From the NCBI GenBank assembly GCA_943372305.1, contig CALRYD010000017.1:11321-75320 (forward strand): DNA of 64,000 bases, written 5' to 3'. Shown here piece by piece: positions 20,668 through 29,825 of the stretch; positions within the stretch are counted from its first letter, which is position 1, and the number at the start of each line of letters is the position of its first letter. The position numbers and the translations under genes are program-made. This stretch comes from Hydrogenophaga intermedia (GTDB lineage Bacteria; Pseudomonadota; Gammaproteobacteria; Burkholderiales; Burkholderiaceae_C). The notes beneath the pieces are model-generated. The model was not told where the DNA came from. It was given only the letters and a program-made list of their open reading frames with translations, and made no database searches.

Positions 20668-21849
20668 ATGATCGACTATACGACCAAGACTTATGGCAGA
20701 AATCAGGAGGTTGAGGCCATCTACAAGATGTTCCTTAACGATCGCGACGTCGCGATGCCTGGACCAAGGCGACTCGGCAAGACCTTTGTACTCGAGAGAA
20801 TCGTTGACCGCGGCGCCGCCAACGGATGGCATGCCGTGAAGGTCGAAATAGCAGGTTGCACAGATGTGCGCTCTGTCTTCAAGCGCCTGTGCGAGACGAT
20901 TGGCAGACGGCAAACCGGTGGCACGAAGGTCATTTCATGGCTGCGCCAGCACCTCGGACAAATCGTGTCGCCTCGTTCTGACCCAAGTGGGCCGTGGTAT
21001 CAGCCTTTGCTGAGCTTGGACTTCGAAACCTGGTTCGAGAGACTCATTCGCGCGATGAACGACGACACATCGCATAGGTGGGCGCTGCTGATCGACGAAT
21101 TGCCGATCTTCCTGAAGGCGCTGCACGATCGCGGACCAGAGGGCGTGGCACAGGCGCTCAGTTTTATGAACCTGATTAGCCGGCTACGCGACGACAACAA
21201 GCGCGTTCGCTGGCTGATCACAGGGTCGATCGGCATCGAGCCGCTCGCCCGAGCGGGCAACTACATGGGCGTTCTCGCAAAGTTCGACACCTTCGAGCTT
21301 GAGCCATTGACGGAAATGGACGCTCGGAACTATGTCCAGGACCAAGCCACCATGGGCCGTCTGCCCGGCCGCAGCGTCATTACCGACACCGAGGCCACCG
21401 CCATCGTGGCCGCCGTTGGTTGGCGAGCGGCCTACTACCTCGACGCGCTGGCGCAAAAGATGACCGGCCAACCCAGCAACGACCCCGCCGAAGCGGCTCA
21501 GCTGGTGGAGCAAGCGGTTGAAACTCTGCTGAAGCCAGTACATGCGGCTTCCTTCGGAACCTGGGAAGAGCACATCCGCAAACATTACCGCGACCCGGAA
21601 CGAGGCCTCGCGTTTTCCGCCCTGGCAGCCCTTGCACCACACCCTCAGGGGCGATCGATAGACACTGTCCTCACCACCATCGGCCGTGCCGATCTGACAC
21701 GAGTGCAGTTACAGGCGGTCCTCACCCGGCTGCACACCGAAGGCTTTGTCACGGTGCAAGATTGGGATGGCCCTGATCCGACAGCCGCTTTCAGAAACCC
21801 GCTGCTGCGCCGCTGGTGGCAGCGCTACACGCCACAGGCGAATGGGTGA
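20668..21849 (+). CDS. AAA ATPase, Arch_ATPase (PF01637)-like, with C-terminal winged-helix-like region
   Basis: Walker A GPRRLGKT (20761-20784), Walker B ALLIDELP, and the family-typical segment FELEPLTEMDARNYV. Strong SD sequence and lower GC than the flanks (about 51% over the first 120 nt by hand count). Confidence 0.8.
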   Translation: MIDYTTKTYGRNQEVEAIYKMFLNDRDVAMPGPRRLGKTFVLERIVDRGAANGWHAVKVEIAGCTDVRSVFKRLCETIGRRQTGGTKVISWLRQHLGQIVSPRSDPSGPWYQPLLSLDFETWFERLIRAMNDDTSHRWALLIDELPIFLKALHDRGPEGVAQALSFMNLISRLRDDNKRVRWLITGSIGIEPLARAGNYMGVLAKFDTFELEPLTEMDARNYVQDQATMGRLPGRSVITDTEATAIVAAVGWRAAYYLDALAQKMTGQPSNDPAEAAQLVEQAVETLLKPVHAASFGTWEEHIRKHYRDPERGLAFSALAALAPHPQGRSIDTVLTTIGRADLTRVQLQAVLTRLHTEGFVTVQDWDGPDPTAAFRNPLLRRWWQRYTPQANG

Positions 21850-21861
21850 GGCAGATCGACG

Positions 21862-24800
21862 ATGGACCTCACCTTCTTCAACCCACGCTCGCAAAGCGAG
21901 GCGGACTTCATTGCAAGCTTCGTTGCCCGAGCCAGCACGCTTGAGTTTTTTTTGCGGCAGTTGCAGCAACTCGGGCCAGATGAGGCAGCGCGTCATCAAC
22001 TCGTCGTTGCGCCGCGCGGGTTTGGCAAGACATCGTTGCTGCGCCGCATTGCGATTGCTGTGCGGGCAGACGACACCATGTGCAAGCGATACGTTCCGCT
22101 CTCATTCAGGGAAGAGCAGCACAACGTCATCAGTCTGGACGTGTTCTGGCGCAATTGCCTGCAATCGCTGCTGGAAGCACGCGAGGAAGAACAAGCCAGC
22201 CAAGAGGAGCTTGATGCCATCGATATGGCGTGGGTGCGGTTGGCTCCACGCCAATCTTTGACGCGCGAGGCCCAGGATGGTGAACCCGCCTGGCAGGAGT
22301 TCAGCCAACGATGCATGGAGATGGATCGTCGCCCCATCCTGTTGATCGACAACCTGGACACGCTGCTGGCGGGGCTTGGAAAAGACCACCTGTGGTCGTT
22401 GCGCCAAACGCTGCAAAGGTCCGACGGACCCGTGGTGATCGCTGCCGCTTCGCGCTACCCTGAATCGACGCACGACCCGGAAGCGGCTTTCTACGACTTT
22501 TTCCGAATCCACACCCTGGATCGGCTGGAGGACAACGAAGTTCTGTTGTGTCTTCGAACGCTGGCCCGCCACCGCGGCGAGGCAGGCAGGCCAGTGTTGG
22601 CATTGCTGGACAGCGACCCGGGTCGCGTGGCCGCGCTCAATACACTGGCCGGCGGCAACCCGCGAACCTTGGGTGTGCTGTATGGCGTGCTTGAGTCGCA
22701 CATGAGCACCGACGTGCTGTCGCAACTCAGCGCCATGCTCGACACCTTCACCGGCTGGTACCAGGCCCGTACCGAAGAACTGCCGATGCAGGCACGCGCG
22801 GTGTTCGATGCGCTGGCGCTGAATTGGGATCCGATGACGGCAGCTGCCGTTGCCCAAACCACGGGACTGGAGACCGCAGCCGTCAGCAGCCAGTTGTCGC
22901 GTCTTGAAAAGCTGGGCTATGTTGAGCCCGTGGCGCTTAGCCGTCGCGGCAAAGGCCGCAGCGGCTTCCAGGTCGTTGAGCGCTTTTTCAATATCTGGTA
23001 CCTCATGCGCAACGGACCCCGGCGCACGCGCCAGAGCATCAAGTTCTTGACCGTCTTTCTTCAGTCCTGTTTCAGTGCGCCTGAACGGCGATCACTGGGC
23101 CGCCAGGTGCTCGGTGTTGAACGCGTCGACCCAGGTTACGCGCTGGCACTGGCATCGACTTTCCGAGACGGGCCCATTCGGGAGCAGCTGCTGCAGAGAG
23201 CCGAGGCAGCGTCTTCACAATCGACAGGGGCAGACGAATACCAAAAACTGATTCGATCCTTACAGCCACAGCCGAATCGAGGGGGGATGGACAGTTCTGC
23301 CCCGGATTCGGGCGACGAAGCCGCGACCCTTGGGGAATCGCAAGTCGACACCAATCTCAATGCGAGTTTGCAGAAGGACCCTCATCAGCCCGAAGAGCAT
23401 GCCGAACTGGCTGCCGCGTTGCAGCATGGGCGGAATCTGCGGAAGCAAGGTCTGGGTGTTGAAGCACTGGCGGTTTTTGACAGCGCCTTAAGTCAGTGGG
23501 GTCAATCGACCGACGTGGCTTTGCACGAGCAGGTTGCACGAGCCATGGTCAACAAGGGCTTCACCCTCGGCCAGTTGGGCCGACGCGAAGAAGCGCTTGT
23601 GGTCTACGACAGCGTGGTGAGCCGGTTCGGTGAGGCCCCTGAACCGGCCTTGCGCGAATGGGTTGCACAAGCCCTGTTCTATAAGGGCGTCACCCTCGGC
23701 GAGTTGGGCCGAAGCGAAGAAGCGCTTGTGGTCTACGACAGCGTGGTGAGCCGGTTTGGTGAGGCCCCTGAACCGGCTTTGCGCGAAGAGGTTGCACGCG
23801 TCCTGTTCAACAAGGGCTTCACCCTCGGCCAGCTGGGCCGGCGTGAAGAAGCGCTTGCGGTCTACGACAGCGTGGTGAGCCGGTTTGGTGAGGCCCCTGA
23901 ACCGGCTTTGCGCGAACAGGTTGCACGCGCCCTGGTCAACAAGGGCGTCACCCTCGGCGAGTTGGGCCGACGCGAAGAAGCGCTTGTGGTCTACGACAGC
24001 GTGGTGAGCCGGTTTGGTGAGTCCCCTGACCCGGCTTTGCGCGAACAGGTTGCACGCGTCCTGTTCAACAAGGGCGTCACCCTCGGCCAGCTGGGCCGGC
24101 GCGAAGAAGAGCTTGCGGTCTACGACAGCGTGGTAAGCCGGCTTGGTGAGGCCCCTGAACCGGCCTTGCGCGAATGGGTTGCACAAGCCCTGCTCTATAA
24201 GGGCTTCATCCTCGGCCAGTTGGGCCGAAGCGAAGAAGCGCTTGTGGTCTACGACAGCGTGGTGAACCGTTTTGGTGAGGCCCTTGAACCGGCTTTGCGC
24301 GAACAGGTTGCACGCGCCCTGTTCTATAAGGGCTTCACCCTCGCCCAACTGGGCCAACGCGAAGAAGCGCTTGCCGTCTACGACAGCGTGGTGAACCGTT
24401 TTGGGGAGGCCCCTGAACCGGCTTTGCGCGAACTGGTTGCACGCGTCCTGGTCAACAAGGGCGTCACCCTCGGCGAATTGGGCCGAAGCGAAGAAGCGCT
24501 TGGGGTTTGCGACAGCGTGGTGAACCGGTTTGGTGAGGCCCCTGAACCGGCTTTGCGCGAACTGGTCGTTCTTGCGGAAAAGTGCAAGGCCAACACCCTG
24601 GTTGAGGCTGGGCAGATCGATGAAGCCGAGGCGGTACTGCGCAGCGGCATTGGGCGCCGGCCAGAGAATGCGGGCCTGTGGAACAGCCTGGGCAACCTGT
24701 TGCTGGATGCGAAAGGCGATTCCGCAGCAGCCGAAATGGCCTATCTGCAAGGGCTATCGGCTGCAAATGCTGACGACAGCTCGGCCGTCCTGCACGCCAA

Positions 24801-25302
24801 CTGCGCGTATGTGATGGCTCTTCACACTAACAATCACCCCATGGCGCTGGAACACATGCAGCAGGCGCTGGCCCACGAAGAGAGGGGCTTAAGCACTGCT
24901 GGACGACACCTGCTGTCCGCCTTACCAAATTCAAGCAATACAGACGCGGTGCAATGGGCAAGCATGTTCGATGGCATCGGTCGCGCGGTCGAATGTGGTG
25001 ACCCTTCGCTCTGGACAAACTACTTTGACGACCTGCAAAGGCTGTTGTGGTTCGCGATCGCGCACAAACAAGGGGATCGCTTGCGCGAATGGATGATTGC
25101 CCAAGACTACCCCCTGCGCCAGGCGCCGCTGTACCACGCCGTTGTGGCGGCCATTGAAGGAGAAGACCATCTGCTTCAAATAAACCCGGAAACACGCACG
25201 CCTGCAAGGCGCATCTTTCAAGGACTGGCCCGCCGGTTGCAGCTCTATGCCACGGAACCCAAGAAGCAGCCTCGCCGCCGAACTGGCCCGCCCGTTCAAT
25301 GA
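21862..25302 (+). CDS. STAND-like P-loop NTPase with wHTH and a 43-aa TPR-like repeat array
   Basis: 1146 aa. Walker A APRGFGKT (22009-22032), Walker B ILLIDNLD, and a MarR-like wHTH (VAQTTGLETAAVSSQLSRLEKLGYVEP). Then 8 near-identical 43-aa repeats plus degenerate TPR-like units and a helical C-terminal region of unknown function. Starts 12 nt after the upstream ATPase gene. Confidence 0.85.
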   Translation: MDLTFFNPRSQSEADFIASFVARASTLEFFLRQLQQLGPDEAARHQLVVAPRGFGKTSLLRRIAIAVRADDTMCKRYVPLSFREEQHNVISLDVFWRNCLQSLLEAREEEQASQEELDAIDMAWVRLAPRQSLTREAQDGEPAWQEFSQRCMEMDRRPILLIDNLDTLLAGLGKDHLWSLRQTLQRSDGPVVIAAASRYPESTHDPEAAFYDFFRIHTLDRLEDNEVLLCLRTLARHRGEAGRPVLALLDSDPGRVAALNTLAGGNPRTLGVLYGVLESHMSTDVLSQLSAMLDTFTGWYQARTEELPMQARAVFDALALNWDPMTAAAVAQTTGLETAAVSSQLSRLEKLGYVEPVALSRRGKGRSGFQVVERFFNIWYLMRNGPRRTRQSIKFLTVFLQSCFSAPERRSLGRQVLGVERVDPGYALALASTFRDGPIREQLLQRAEAASSQSTGADEYQKLIRSLQPQPNRGGMDSSAPDSGDEAATLGESQVDTNLNASLQKDPHQPEEHAELAAALQHGRNLRKQGLGVEALAVFDSALSQWGQSTDVALHEQVARAMVNKGFTLGQLGRREEALVVYDSVVSRFGEAPEPALREWVAQALFYKGVTLGELGRSEEALVVYDSVVSRFGEAPEPALREEVARVLFNKGFTLGQLGRREEALAVYDSVVSRFGEAPEPALREQVARALVNKGVTLGELGRREEALVVYDSVVSRFGESPDPALREQVARVLFNKGVTLGQLGRREEELAVYDSVVSRLGEAPEPALREWVAQALLYKGFILGQLGRSEEALVVYDSVVNRFGEALEPALREQVARALFYKGFTLAQLGQREEALAVYDSVVNRFGEAPEPALRELVARVLVNKGVTLGELGRSEEALGVCDSVVNRFGEAPEPALRELVVLAEKCKANTLVEAGQIDEAEAVLRSGIGRRPENAGLWNSLGNLLLDAKGDSAAAEMAYLQGLSAANADDSSAVLHANCAYVMALHTNNHPMALEHMQQALAHEERGLSTAGRHLLSALPNSSNTDAVQWASMFDGIGRAVECGDPSLWTNYFDDLQRLLWFAIAHKQGDRLREWMIAQDYPLRQAPLYHAVVAAIEGEDHLLQINPETRTPARRIFQGLARRLQLYATEPKKQPRRRTGPPVQ
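23518..24600 (+). repeat. 129-bp in-frame tandem repeat array (8 full units plus degenerate flanks) inside the 1146-aa gene
   Basis: Unit starts read directly at 23518, 23647, 23776, 23905, 24034, 24163, 24292, 24421 and 24550 (GCYTTGCGCGAA...). Protein consensus is ALREQVARALVNKGVTLGELGRREEALVVYDSVVSRFGEAPEP. Confidence 0.9.
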
Positions 25303-28300
25303 AAGTCCCGGCTCTCCGGCGCCAGCCGGCCCAGCAGCGAGTTGAGGTTTTCCAGGCGGCCGGCGATCAGGTTGCAGACGGCGCCGTCGCGTTGCCAGAC
25401 GCCGTGCACGCCAAGCAGGCGTGAGCCGGTCAGTTCGCTGCGCTGGCGTTCGCGCAGCGCGCGCCAGACGATGACCTGCACGGTGCCGGTTTCGTCTTCC
25501 AGCGTCACGAAGACCACGCCCTTGGACGTGCCGGGCTGCTGGCGGCAGGTGACGATGCCGCAGGCGCGCACCAGGCGGCCGTCGGGCGCGTCTTTCAGTT
25601 GCTCGGCGGTCATGAAGCGGCGCGCGGCCAGCCGCTCGCGCAGCAGGGCCAGCGGGTGGCGGCGCAGGGTCAGGCCGGTGCTCGTGTAGTCCCAGACGAT
25701 GGCTTCGCCTTCGGGGGCTTCGTCGAGTTGCAGCGCGGTTTCGTTGACCGGTGCGCGGCGCAGCATGGCGGGCGCGGCCTGCAGGGCAGACGCGTCCCAC
25801 ACCTGCTGGCGGCGGTGGCCAGCCAGGCTGTGCAGGGCGTCACCGGCGGCCAGTTGCTGCAGGGTCTGGCGGTCGAGCTGCGCGCGCAGGGCCAGATCCT
25901 CCGTGCTGGCAAATGGACCACTGGCGCGCGCCGCGCTGATGCGTTGCGCCTCTTCTTTCGACAGGCCGCTGACCAGCCGCAGCCCCAGCCGCACCGCCGG
26001 GTGACCCGGCATGTCCGGTGTGGGCATGTCTTCGAGCGTGCAGTCCCAGTCGCTGTGACCCACATCGGTCGGCCGCACCACCACGCCGTGGCGCTGCGCG
26101 TCCTGCACCAGCTGGCTGGGCGAGTAGAAGCCCAGCGGCTGGCTGTTGAGCATGGCGGCCAGGAATTCGGCCGGGTGGTGGTGCTTGATCCAGCAGCTGT
26201 CGTAGACCAGCAGCGCGAAGCTGACCGCGTGGCTTTCGGGGAAGCCGTAGCTGGAGAAGCCCTTGACCTGTTCGACCACGCGCTGCGCGAATTCGAGCGG
26301 GTAGCCGCGCGTGGTCATGCCGTCGATGAGCCGGAGCTCGTAGGCGCCCAGGCCGCCGTTGCGGCGCCAGGCGCCCATGGCGCGGCGCAGGCCGTCGGCC
26401 TCGCCGGGGGTGAAGCCGGCCGCGATCATGGCGATCTGCATGCACTGCTCCTGGAACACCGGCACGCCCAGCGTGCGCTCCAGCGCGGCTTCCAGGCCCT
26501 TGGGGTAGTCGACCGCTTCCAGGCCCTGGCGGCGCCGCAGGTAGGGGTGCACCGCGCCGCCCTGGATGGGGCCGGGCCGCACCAGCGCGACCTCGACCAC
26601 CAGGTCGTAAAACGTGCGCGGCCGCAGGCGCGGCAGCATGGCCATCTGCGCGCGGCTCTCGATCTGGAACACGCCCACGGTGTCGGCGGCGCAGATCATG
26701 TCGAAGGTGGCTGGGTCCTTGTCGGGAATCTGGTGCAGCGCCATGGACCGGCCGCGCCGCTGGCCGATGAAGTCCAGCGACTTGCGGATGGCCGTCAGCA
26801 TGCCCAGCGCCAGCACATCGACCTTGAGCAGACCCATGGCGTCGAGGTCGTCCTTGTCCCACTGGATGACGGTGCGGTCGGGCATGGACGCGTTCTCGAT
26901 CGGCACCAGCCGCGCCAGCGGGCCGCTGGTGAGCACGAAGCCGCCAGTGTGCTGCGAGAGGTGGCGCGGGAAGCCCAGCAGCTGCTTCACGAGCGTGACG
27001 AACTGGCGCGCCGCCAGACTGTCCGGGTCCAGACCGGCTTCGCGCAGGCGCTCGTGTGCCAGGCCGTCTTCGCTCCACCAGCGGTGGTCTTTTGCCAGCC
27101 GCTCCAGCAGGGCGTCGTCAAAGCCCAGGGCCTTGCCCACGTCGCGCACGGTGCTGCGCGGGCGGTAGCGGATGACGGTGGCGGTGAGCGCGGCGCGGTC
27201 GCGCCCGTACTTGCGGTAGAGGTACTGAATCACCTCTTCGCGCCGCTCGTGTTCGAAGTCCACGTCGATGTCGGGCGGCTCGTTGCGTTCGCGCGAGATG
27301 AAGCGTTCGAACAGCAGCGAAGAGCGTGCTGGGTCCACCGCGGTGATGCCCAGGCAGTAGCAGACCGCGCTGTTGGCGGCCGAGCCACGGCCCTGGCAGA
27401 GGATGCCCTGCGAGCGCGCAAAAGCCACGATGTCGTGCACGGTGAGGAAGTAGTGCTCGTAGCCCAGCTCGGTGATGAGGGCAAGCTCGTGTTCGATCTG
27501 GTCGCGCACTTTGGGCGGCACGCCATCGGGCCAGTGCGCGGCGGCGCCGGCTTCGGTGAGCGCGCGCAGGTGCTGCGCCGGCGTGCGGCCGGGCGGCACC
27601 ACCTCGGCCGGGTACTGGTAGCGCAGTTCGTCCAGCGTCCAGCCGGTGCAGCGCTGCGCGACCACCAGGGTCTGCGCCAGCAGCTCGGGCGGGAAGCACT
27701 GGGCCAGCCGCACGCGGGTGCGCAGGTGCTGTTCGGCGTTGGGGGTGAGGGCGAAGCCGCAGTCGGTCAGCGGCCGGCCGACGCGGGTGGCGGTCAGCAC
27801 GTCCTGCAGGGCCTTGCGCGAGCGCACGTGCATGTGCACGTCACCCACCGCCACCAGTGGCACGGCGGTGTGGGCGCTGGCCTCGCGCAGGCGGTGCAGG
27901 TGGATGGCGTCGTCCAGCCGGCGCAGCTGCGTCACGCCCAGCCAGCAGCGGCCCAGAAAGGCGCCGAGCAGCCAGCGCGCAGTGGCGTCGCACTGCGCCT
28001 GGCTGGCGCTGCGCAGCGGCACGGCGATGGCCACGCAGTCGCCCAGCGCAGCGGGGTCCACACCGGCCAGCGCCAGGTGGTACGTGCCCTTGTCGGCCGC
28101 GCGCCGCAGCCGCGTGATGAACTCGCACAGGTGGCCGTAGCCGTGCAGGCTGGTGGCCAGCAGCACCAGGGTGAAGTCGCCGGTGGGCGCCGCCCCGCCC
28201 TGCACGCGGAACTGGCTGCCCACGATGAGCGGCAACGCGTGTTTTTTGGCCGCCACATGGGCCTGCGCGATGCCGGCCATGGAACATTCGTCGGTGATGG

Positions 28301-28418
28301 CCAGCGCGGTGTAGCCCATGGCCTTGGCGCGCGGGACCAGCTCGTCCGGGTGGCTGGCGCCGCGCAGAAAGGTGAAGCTGGAGCAGCACAGCAGCTCGGC
28401 GTGGTCGGGCAGGGACAT
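25296..28418 (-). CDS. dnaE2: error-prone DNA polymerase DnaE2 (ImuC)
   Basis: 1040 aa with an N-terminal PHP domain (HAELLCCSSFTFLRGASHPDELV) and a pol III alpha core. Downstream of imuA-imuB. Confidence 0.95.
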   Translation of the reverse strand: MSLPDHAELLCCSSFTFLRGASHPDELVPRAKAMGYTALAITDECSMAGIAQAHVAAKKHALPLIVGSQFRVQGGAAPTGDFTLVLLATSLHGYGHLCEFITRLRRAADKGTYHLALAGVDPAALGDCVAIAVPLRSASQAQCDATARWLLGAFLGRCWLGVTQLRRLDDAIHLHRLREASAHTAVPLVAVGDVHMHVRSRKALQDVLTATRVGRPLTDCGFALTPNAEQHLRTRVRLAQCFPPELLAQTLVVAQRCTGWTLDELRYQYPAEVVPPGRTPAQHLRALTEAGAAAHWPDGVPPKVRDQIEHELALITELGYEHYFLTVHDIVAFARSQGILCQGRGSAANSAVCYCLGITAVDPARSSLLFERFISRERNEPPDIDVDFEHERREEVIQYLYRKYGRDRAALTATVIRYRPRSTVRDVGKALGFDDALLERLAKDHRWWSEDGLAHERLREAGLDPDSLAARQFVTLVKQLLGFPRHLSQHTGGFVLTSGPLARLVPIENASMPDRTVIQWDKDDLDAMGLLKVDVLALGMLTAIRKSLDFIGQRRGRSMALHQIPDKDPATFDMICAADTVGVFQIESRAQMAMLPRLRPRTFYDLVVEVALVRPGPIQGGAVHPYLRRRQGLEAVDYPKGLEAALERTLGVPVFQEQCMQIAMIAAGFTPGEADGLRRAMGAWRRNGGLGAYELRLIDGMTTRGYPLEFAQRVVEQVKGFSSYGFPESHAVSFALLVYDSCWIKHHHPAEFLAAMLNSQPLGFYSPSQLVQDAQRHGVVVRPTDVGHSDWDCTLEDMPTPDMPGHPAVRLGLRLVSGLSKEEAQRISAARASGPFASTEDLALRAQLDRQTLQQLAAGDALHSLAGHRRQQVWDASALQAAPAMLRRAPVNETALQLDEAPEGEAIVWDYTSTGLTLRRHPLALLRERLAARRFMTAEQLKDAPDGRLVRACGIVTCRQQPGTSKGVVFVTLEDETGTVQVIVWRALRERQRSELTGSRLLGVHGVWQRDGAVCNLIAGRLENLNSLLGRLAPESRDFH

Positions 28419-28427
28419 CGCAACACG

Positions 28428-29825
28428 TCAGGAAAAAAAGCCATGCAGAAACCAGGCCGGTTCTTCGGCCAGCCGGGTCTGGAACACCCACAGCAGCCCG
28501 GCCTGCGCGGACGCGGCCACCCAGTAGTCCCGCACCGCGTGGCGGGTGTGGCCCAGGGCCTCGTCGCGGTCCCACCAGCCGCCTTCCACGCGCTGCGGGC
28601 CCAGCAGCAATTGCAGTTCGCCCTGGTAGAGCGGGCGGTGCTGGCGCACCAGCAGCTTCAGCGGTTGCGGCAGCACAAAGGCCGGTTGCGGCAGGCCGGG
28701 GCCGAACGCGATCTCGGCGTCGTGACCGTCCAAAGCGGACGGGCGCCGGGGCAGGGCCTGGCCGGCGGCCTGCCAGCGGCACATGTGTTCGGGCCGGTGG
28801 TCGTCCACCAGCACCGGGCGTTGCACACGGTCCGGCCCCAGGCGCACGGCGATGCGCTCCAGCGCGTTGGACAGGCTCTCGCCCTCGGCCTGCGCGTCGT
28901 CGGGCAGCCAGGACGCGCTGCACGGGGCCAGCGGGCGCACCTCGTCGGCCACCAGGCGCAGGTCGCCCACCGGCGCGGCCAGGGTGATACGGGCCAGGTG
29001 CTCGGCCAGCAGGCGGCCGAGGTGGTCCACATCGCGCGTGGGGTCGGCGGTGCGCACGGTGAGCTGCCCGCCCTCGCCCGCGCCGCGCGAGCGCATCGCG
29101 TCGTGCGCCCAGTGCAGGGTGAAGGCGGTCACGCCGGCCTGCCGCGCGGCCAGCCAGCCGGCCAGTTGCAGCAGCAGGCGGCGCGCGCCGACCACCAGCG
29201 CGGCGGCGTCGTCCACCCGGTGCGGCAGTTCCAGCCGGGCGTCAAACACCGCCGGCGTCTGCACCCAGGTGTGGGTCTGCGGTGCGTGGCCATAGAGCTG
29301 GTCCAGCGCGTGCAGCAGCGCGGCGTCGAAGCGGCGCGCCAGGCCGGCGCGCGGCAGGCGGCGCAGCTGGCCCAGGCTGCGGCAGCCGATGTGGGCCAGC
29401 GTCTGGCGGTGCGGCGCGGTGGCGCTGAGCACGGCCAGCGGCAGCGGGTCCAGCTGCGCCGCCAGCGGCAACGGATCGGCCGGCTCCGCCATGCCGGCCA
29501 GACCGGCGCGGGCCAGCGCCAGCGCGGCCAGGCTGTTGGGCGCCCAGGCGATGCGCGCGGCGCCCAGTTCGGTGGCTTCGGCCCGCACCCGCTCGCGCAG
29601 GGCGGCAGCACCGCCGAACAGGCGCAGGCTGGCCGCCACCTCCAGCACCACGGCCTCGTCCAGCCGGGCCACGCGCGGCGTGAAGCGCAGCGCCCACAGG
29701 GCCAGCGCCTGCGCGGTCGCGTCGGCCCGGCCGGCCGCCTGGGCACAGGCGTCGGCACGGGCCTGGGCGCCGGCGGCGGCGTCAATGCCAGGCGGCGGGG
29801 GCGGCAGCAGGGCGGACCACCACAT
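28428..29825 (-). CDS. imuB: Y-family polymerase-like protein ImuB
   Basis: 465 aa, positioned between imuA and dnaE2. N-terminal region resembles Y-family polymerases (LALWALRFTPRVA...LEVAASLRLFGG). Confidence 0.85.
   Translation of the reverse strand: MWWSALLPPPPPGIDAAAGAQARADACAQAAGRADATAQALALWALRFTPRVARLDEAVVLEVAASLRLFGGAAALRERVRAEATELGAARIAWAPNSLAALALARAGLAGMAEPADPLPLAAQLDPLPLAVLSATAPHRQTLAHIGCRSLGQLRRLPRAGLARRFDAALLHALDQLYGHAPQTHTWVQTPAVFDARLELPHRVDDAAALVVGARRLLLQLAGWLAARQAGVTAFTLHWAHDAMRSRGAGEGGQLTVRTADPTRDVDHLGRLLAEHLARITLAAPVGDLRLVADEVRPLAPCSASWLPDDAQAEGESLSNALERIAVRLGPDRVQRPVLVDDHRPEHMCRWQAAGQALPRRPSALDGHDAEIAFGPGLPQPAFVLPQPLKLLVRQHRPLYQGELQLLLGPQRVEGGWWDRDEALGHTRHAVRDYWVAASAQAGLLWVFQTRLAEEPAWFLHGFFS

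Noticed and set aside
23518-24600. Regularly spaced repeats as a possible CRISPR array (also 57970..58230)
   Set aside because: The units are directly contiguous (129 bp and 87 bp) with no unique spacers. The first array is in frame inside a long ORF, and no cas genes are present.
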